This document shows positions 59,189 to 64,000 of a stretch of DNA of 64,000 nucleotides, piece after piece. Each line of letters begins with the position of its first letter. Within the stretch, counting starts at the first letter, position 1. The translations under genes were made by a program, and so were the position numbers. The notes below the pieces were generated by a model, which had not been told where the DNA came from, ran no database searches, and was given only the letters and a program-made list of their open reading frames with translations. Location of the stretch: the NCBI GenBank assembly GCA_009838515.1, contig VXRL01000040.1, positions 221,348 to 285,347 on the forward strand. The letters run 5' to 3'. This stretch comes from Terriglobia bacterium. GTDB taxonomy: Bacteria; Acidobacteriota; Terriglobia; Bryobacterales; UBA6623.

Positions 59189-60115
59189 TCAGGGAGTTGC
59201 GAGCGGTGGGTGGTGCAGCCGATGGTCCAGCGATGCGGCCGTCAGGATGAGCGCTACCCACAGGGCCTGAGCAGCCATCAGGTGCACGATCTGCAGCCAA
59301 CCCGGCGCGGACAGGCCGATGTTGAAGAACCCCACTGCCACCTCGGCTGCCACCAGATACATTGCCGAGCGGGCCCAGCGATTCGTCTCAGATTCACCCT
59401 GCAGCAACCAGATCAAGTACGCAGCCGCGATGACTGCGAAGCCCGGGTGCAGCACGCGTAGCCGCACGAGAAAGTGATTACTAGCTGACAGGTCATAGCG
59501 GATTTCGGCCAGCAAACCCTCTCCCACCGTCACCTCGCGCGGGAACAGCGTGTCTCCAAGCGCCGTGACAGCTCCGCTCATCGCCGCCAGAACCACCAAG
59601 GCCAGCGCCACTGCAAACGCGAGCCTGCGCCGACACATGAACGATGGCTGCCAATCCCGCCTGGATCGCCACGCAGCGAGCGATGCGAACGCGGTCAACG
59701 CAAGCGTGTTCGTCAAATGCAGGGCAATGACGACCGCCCGGGCGACCGAGTCGTCGTCTGCGACGAGTTCTGCCAGCACCAGACCCGCCCCGATCGCGCC
59801 TTCGAAGACAACGAACAGCAGCGTCAACGCGACAGCCTGGGTAATCGGGCTCCAGCGGAAGCGCACCCAAGCCCAGGCCAGCAAGGCGAGCCCGAAGACA
59901 CCGCACAATCCACTGGTGAGGCGGTGGGTGAATTCGATCAGCGTGGCGGCAGTGGGGTCAGTCGGGACGACCTCTCCGTGACACGTGGGCCAGTTGCTGC
60001 CGCAGCCGTCGCCAGAGTGGCTGATGCGCACCCATGCGCCGAAAAGGATGACGGCGACCAAGTAGCCGAGAAAGAGCCATGCGGCGAGAGTGAAGCGCCC
60101 GTCACGCCGCTGCAC
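59189..60115 (-). CDS. ctaA: Heme A synthase (COX15/CtaA)
   Basis: GDGCGSNWPTCHG, EFTHR, conserved His in TM helices. Confidence 0.85.
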   Translation of the reverse strand: MQRRDGRFTLAAWLFLGYLVAVILFGAWVRISHSGDGCGSNWPTCHGEVVPTDPTAATLIEFTHRLTSGLCGVFGLALLAWAWVRFRWSPITQAVALTLLFVVFEGAIGAGLVLAELVADDDSVARAVVIALHLTNTLALTAFASLAAWRSRRDWQPSFMCRRRLAFAVALALVVLAAMSGAVTALGDTLFPREVTVGEGLLAEIRYDLSASNHFLVRLRVLHPGFAVIAAAYLIWLLQGESETNRWARSAMYLVAAEVAVGFFNIGLSAPGWLQIVHLMAAQALWVALILTAASLDHRLHHPPLATP

Positions 60116-60119
60116 CGGC

Positions 60120-63100
60120 TCAAGACCTCAGCACCAGCAGCAGGTCCTTGGACTGCACTTGGCTACCGGCGGTGACCGCGATCTCCCTGATCGTGCCCGC
60201 TTTGGGCGAGTAGATGGTGCTCTGCATCTTCATCGCCTCGAGCGTGAGCAGCTTGGCGTTTGTCTCGACCTCATCGCCGACCTCTACGAACAGCCCCGTG
60301 ACCAAACCTGGAGTAGGCGCCCCCACATGGTCGGAATTGCCGCTGGCCGCCTTGCGCGCCGCCGGGCGGTCGGCCTGCAGAGAGTGGTCGCGCACGCGCA
60401 CCTCGCGCGGCTGGCCGTTGAGTTCGAAGAACACCCTGCGCGTACCGTCCGGCCGGGGCTCGCCACAGGTGAGGAACTTCACGATGAGCCGCTTGCCCGG
60501 CTCGATATCGAACACGCACTCCTCGCCTGCGTCCAGGCCGTAGAAGAACACCGGCGTGGGCAGCACGCCCACTTCGGCGAACTTGCGCCGGGTTTCGGCG
60601 AACTTGGCGAATACGTCCGGATACAGCAGGAAGCTCAGCGCATCGGTCTTCCTAGCCTTGCGTCCGAGCAACTTTCCGGCTTCGGCCGTGGCGGCATCGA
60701 TGTCGGCGGCGGGCAGTTTCTCACCCGCCCTTCCCTCGATCGGCTGCTTGCGACACAGCAGGATTTCGCGAACCTCCGGCGGCCATCCTCCCGGGGGCTC
60801 GCCCAGTGAGCCGCGCATCATGTCAATCACGGAGTCAGGGAAGCCGACGTTGTGCCTGCGAGGCAGCCTGCGGACCTCGTCGCACGTCATCCCCTTGGCC
60901 AGCAGGAACAGCGCCAGATCGCCGACGACCTTGCTGGAAGGAGTCACCTTGACGATGTCGCCCAGCAGCTGGTTGACGTCTGCATACATCTGCTCCACAT
61001 CGCGCCAGCGCTGCGCGAGCCCCATGGCCGAGGCTTGCTGCTGCAGGTTCGTGAACTGCCCGCCAGGAATCTCGTGCGTATACAGCCGCGCGCTGCCAGA
61101 TTTCGGTGCGTTGTCGAACGGCAGGTAGTACGAGCGCACCGTCTCCCAGTACAGCGAGCAGTCGCCCAGCGCCTGCATGTCAAGGTCGGTGTCCCGGGGC
61201 GTGCCCTTCAGCGTCCCGACCAAGGTATTCAGATTCGGCTGGCTCGTCGATCCGGACAGAGCCGCGACAGCAGCGTCCACCACGTCAACTCCCGCCTCGG
61301 ATGCCTTCAACAAGGTCGCAGCATTCAGGCCGCTCGAGTCGTGCGTGTGGAAGTGGACCGGCAGGCCCAGCTCGCCGCGCAAGACTTTGACGAGTTCGTA
61401 GGCGGCGTACGGCCGACAGAGGCCGGCCATGTCCTTGATGCCGAGCATGTGCGCGCCCATGTCCTTGAGCTGCTCGGCAAGGTCCAGATAGTAGTTCAGG
61501 CTGTACTTCGGCCGTTGAGGATCGAGGATATCGCCGGTGTAGCAGATTGCGGGCTCGCAGATTGCAGCGGTGCCCTGAACAGCGTCCATGGCCACGCGCA
61601 TGTTCCCGACATCGTTCAGAGAATCGAAGATGCGGAACACATCAATTCCCTCGCGCGCGGCCTCGATCGTGAACTCGCGCACGACGTTGTCGGGGTAACT
61701 CGTATAGCCCACTGCGTTTGACGCGCGCAGCAGCATCTGGAAGCAGATGTTGGGCACGGCCCGGCGCAGGGCGCGCAGCCGCTCCCAAGGATCCTCGTAG
61801 AGGAATCGCAGCGCCGAATCGAAGGTCGCCCCGCCCCACATCTCCAGGCTGAATAGGTTCGGCAGACGCTTGGCTACCGCGGGAGCGGTGGCCATCAGGT
61901 CGTGCGTCCGCACGCGGGTCGCGAGCAACGACTGGTGCGCGTCGCGGAACGTAGTGTCCGTGATCAGCAGGCGCTCCTGCGCGTGAACCCACTCGCAGAA
62001 TTTCTCCGGCCCGAGTTCCAGCAGCCTTTGGCGCGTGCCGGGCTCGATCTCCAAACCCGGGTCGACAGGCACTTCCGGAGGCGGCTCGAACCGATCGGGA
62101 CGCTCCTTGCCCGCCACGGTGGGATTGCCGTTGACGATCGTGTCGCCGATATAGCTGAGCAAGCGGTTGGCGCGGTCGCGAGCGGGTCGGAAGCGGAACA
62201 GTTCCGGGGTTTCCTCCAAGAACCCGGTGGTGACCTCGCCAGCCTGGAAGCTGGCGTGGTTGACGACATTCTGCAGGAACTGGATGTTCGTCTTCACGCC
62301 CCGGATCCGGAACTCCCGCAATGCCCTGTCGGCTCTGGCACAAGCTCCGGGCAGGGTCGAGTCCCACGCAGTAAGCTTGACCAACAGCGAGTCGTAGAAC
62401 GGGCTCAGCACGGCGCCGGGATAGGCGGTGCCATCCAAGCGGATTCCCAAGCCAGCGGCCGTGCGATACGCCTGCAACCGCCCGTAGTCGGGCGAGAACC
62501 CGTCGGAAGGATCCTCGGTCGTGATCCGGCACTGAATGGCGAAACCGCGCCGTTGGATCTCGTCTTGGCGCGGGACGTTGAGCGGGCTCTCGTGCAGGCG
62601 GCATCCCTGCGCGATCAGAATCTGCGAGCGCACGATGTCAATCCCCGTGATGGTCTCGGTGACGGTGTGCTCGACTTGGACGCGCGGATTGACCTCGATG
62701 AAGTACCAATCCCCTGAATCGGCGTCGACCAAGAACTCCACGGTGCCCGCGTTGCGGTACTTCACGGCCCCGGCCACGCGGATCGCCGCCGCACAGATCT
62801 CGTCACGCAGCCGGTCCGGGAGATTCGCGGCAGGGGCGAGTTCCACCACCTTTTGGTGCCGCCGCTGGACAGAGCAATCGCGCTCCCAGAGATGGACGAC
62901 CGATCCGTGCGAGTCGGCGAGGATCTGCACTTCGATGTGCCGCGCCCGCGAGATGTACTTCTCCAAGAACACGGAGCCGTCGCCGAACGTCCGTTGGGCC
63001 TCGGTTCGGGCCTCTTCCAGCCTTTCGGCAAGCTCCTCCGGGCCGTGCACGACACGCATTCCGCGCCCGCCGCCGCCGAAGGACGCCTTCACGATGAGCG

Positions 63101-63569
63101 GATATCCGATGGCCTCTGCAGCCAGTCGCGCTTGTTGCGGGTCGTCTGGCGCCAAACCGGTGCCGGGGATGATCGGCACTCCCGCTTCGTCGGCGATCTT
63201 GCGCGCCTCGGTCTTATCCCCCAGCCGGTCCAACAGTTCAGGCGGCGGTCCCACGAACGTGATGCCCGCCTCGGCGCATGCCCGGGCGAACTTGCTGTTC
63301 TCGGACAGGAAACCGTACCCAGGATGAATCGCATCAATGCCGCGATCCTTTGCCAGGGCGACGATTCCCTCGATGTCGAGATAGGCTGCGACCGGGCCCT
63401 TGTCACCGCCTACTTCATAGGCTTCGTCCGCCTTGAAGCGGTGCAAGCTGAGACGGTCCTCGTTGGAATAGATCGTCGCGGTGCGCAATCCGAGTTCGGT
63501 AGCGGCGCGCATGATGCGGGTTGCGATCTCGCCGCGGTTGGCCGCCAGCAGCTTTTGCATCGGTCTCAA
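60120..63569 (-). CDS. pyc: Pyruvate carboxylase
   Basis: ANRGEIA biotin carboxylase, RDAHQSL carboxyltransferase, EAMKM biotin site. Confidence 0.97.
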   Translation of the reverse strand: MRPMQKLLAANRGEIATRIMRAATELGLRTATIYSNEDRLSLHRFKADEAYEVGGDKGPVAAYLDIEGIVALAKDRGIDAIHPGYGFLSENSKFARACAEAGITFVGPPPELLDRLGDKTEARKIADEAGVPIIPGTGLAPDDPQQARLAAEAIGYPLIVKASFGGGGRGMRVVHGPEELAERLEEARTEAQRTFGDGSVFLEKYISRARHIEVQILADSHGSVVHLWERDCSVQRRHQKVVELAPAANLPDRLRDEICAAAIRVAGAVKYRNAGTVEFLVDADSGDWYFIEVNPRVQVEHTVTETITGIDIVRSQILIAQGCRLHESPLNVPRQDEIQRRGFAIQCRITTEDPSDGFSPDYGRLQAYRTAAGLGIRLDGTAYPGAVLSPFYDSLLVKLTAWDSTLPGACARADRALREFRIRGVKTNIQFLQNVVNHASFQAGEVTTGFLEETPELFRFRPARDRANRLLSYIGDTIVNGNPTVAGKERPDRFEPPPEVPVDPGLEIEPGTRQRLLELGPEKFCEWVHAQERLLITDTTFRDAHQSLLATRVRTHDLMATAPAVAKRLPNLFSLEMWGGATFDSALRFLYEDPWERLRALRRAVPNICFQMLLRASNAVGYTSYPDNVVREFTIEAAREGIDVFRIFDSLNDVGNMRVAMDAVQGTAAICEPAICYTGDILDPQRPKYSLNYYLDLAEQLKDMGAHMLGIKDMAGLCRPYAAYELVKVLRGELGLPVHFHTHDSSGLNAATLLKASEAGVDVVDAAVAALSGSTSQPNLNTLVGTLKGTPRDTDLDMQALGDCSLYWETVRSYYLPFDNAPKSGSARLYTHEIPGGQFTNLQQQASAMGLAQRWRDVEQMYADVNQLLGDIVKVTPSSKVVGDLALFLLAKGMTCDEVRRLPRRHNVGFPDSVIDMMRGSLGEPPGGWPPEVREILLCRKQPIEGRAGEKLPAADIDAATAEAGKLLGRKARKTDALSFLLYPDVFAKFAETRRKFAEVGVLPTPVFFYGLDAGEECVFDIEPGKRLIVKFLTCGEPRPDGTRRVFFELNGQPREVRVRDHSLQADRPAARKAASGNSDHVGAPTPGLVTGLFVEVGDEVETNAKLLTLEAMKMQSTIYSPKAGTIREIAVTAGSQVQSKDLLLVLRS

Positions 63570-63672
63570 GTCCTAGGCTAGCAATGATGACGCAGGCGCT
63601 CGTCGCCCTCCCACCGGCGCGTCGAGGCGAGTGCCACGGATCACCAGTGGATGGTCGGGGACAGTCGCTGGT

Positions 63673-64000
63673 TCAACTTTCGGCAGCTCGAACCGGGACC
63701 TTCACATGGACGGTCACGACATCGATGTCGTGGTATTGCTGGTGCCGAACAGAAGACGCGAGGTGTCGAAGCAGCCGGAGCGAAGCCTCGTGCTCTATCG
63801 AAGCGTCGTCGCCCAAATCTCCGAGCACGACCAGCTGGTCCTGAATATTGTCGTCGCTAGGCGCTGCAGTGAATTCCAAGACTGCTCCGACATCGTCCCG
63901 GTAAGCAACCAAGCGCAGGCGACGTGGCCGGGAGTCCCTCGCTGCGTCATCTTCCGGTGGGACGAGGTTCAGCAAGCACTCTTCGCTGACAGCCTCCAAA
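63673..64000 (-). CDS. C-terminal fragment of a larger protein (5'-partial)
   Basis: Open frame entering from the right edge, ending ...SLRLLRHLASSVRHQQYHDIDVVTVHV; family not firmly assignable. Confidence 0.6.
   Translation of the reverse strand, partial: LEAVSEECLLNLVPPEDDAARDSRPRRLRLVAYRDDVGAVLEFTAAPSDDNIQDQLVVLGDLGDDASIEHEASLRLLRHLASSVRHQQYHDIDVVTVHVKVPVRAAES

Noticed and set aside
1-64000. tRNA, rRNA, integrase or transposase genes
   Set aside because: No cloverleaf/T-loop signature or recombinase motifs recognised by eye; tRNAscan-SE and HMM searches are needed to exclude them fully.

Overview
GC-rich bacterial window. Its gene content (DUF1501/PSD1 cytochromes, PQQ-like propellers, hopanoid genes, TPR proteins) resembles Acidobacteriota/Bryobacterales, but that assignment is inference only. 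The left ~14 kb is a defence island. It contains a DUF499-type ATPase on the minus strand that runs off the window and is absent from the ORF track. Divergent from it is an apparent operon of ABC/AAA_21 ATPase, TOPRIM-like (DUF3226-like) protein, DUF1156 N6-adenine methyltransferase and PLD-nuclease/SNF2 helicase. Next come a 2-TM protein ending in the SSB-tail motif DDIPF, an orphan ORF and an AT-rich palindromic region. The remainder is mostly core chromosome (rnc, uvrA, hpnI/shc/hpnH, aguBA, degP, ferredoxin, glcD-like, nagA, tmk, holB, acyl-CoA dehydrogenase, ctaA, pyc). Signs of gene decay include two antitoxins with only fragments of their VapC toxins and an in-frame internally deleted ispH coupled to shc. 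I found no tRNA, rRNA or CRISPR array by eye. Family assignments come from motif recognition, not database searches.
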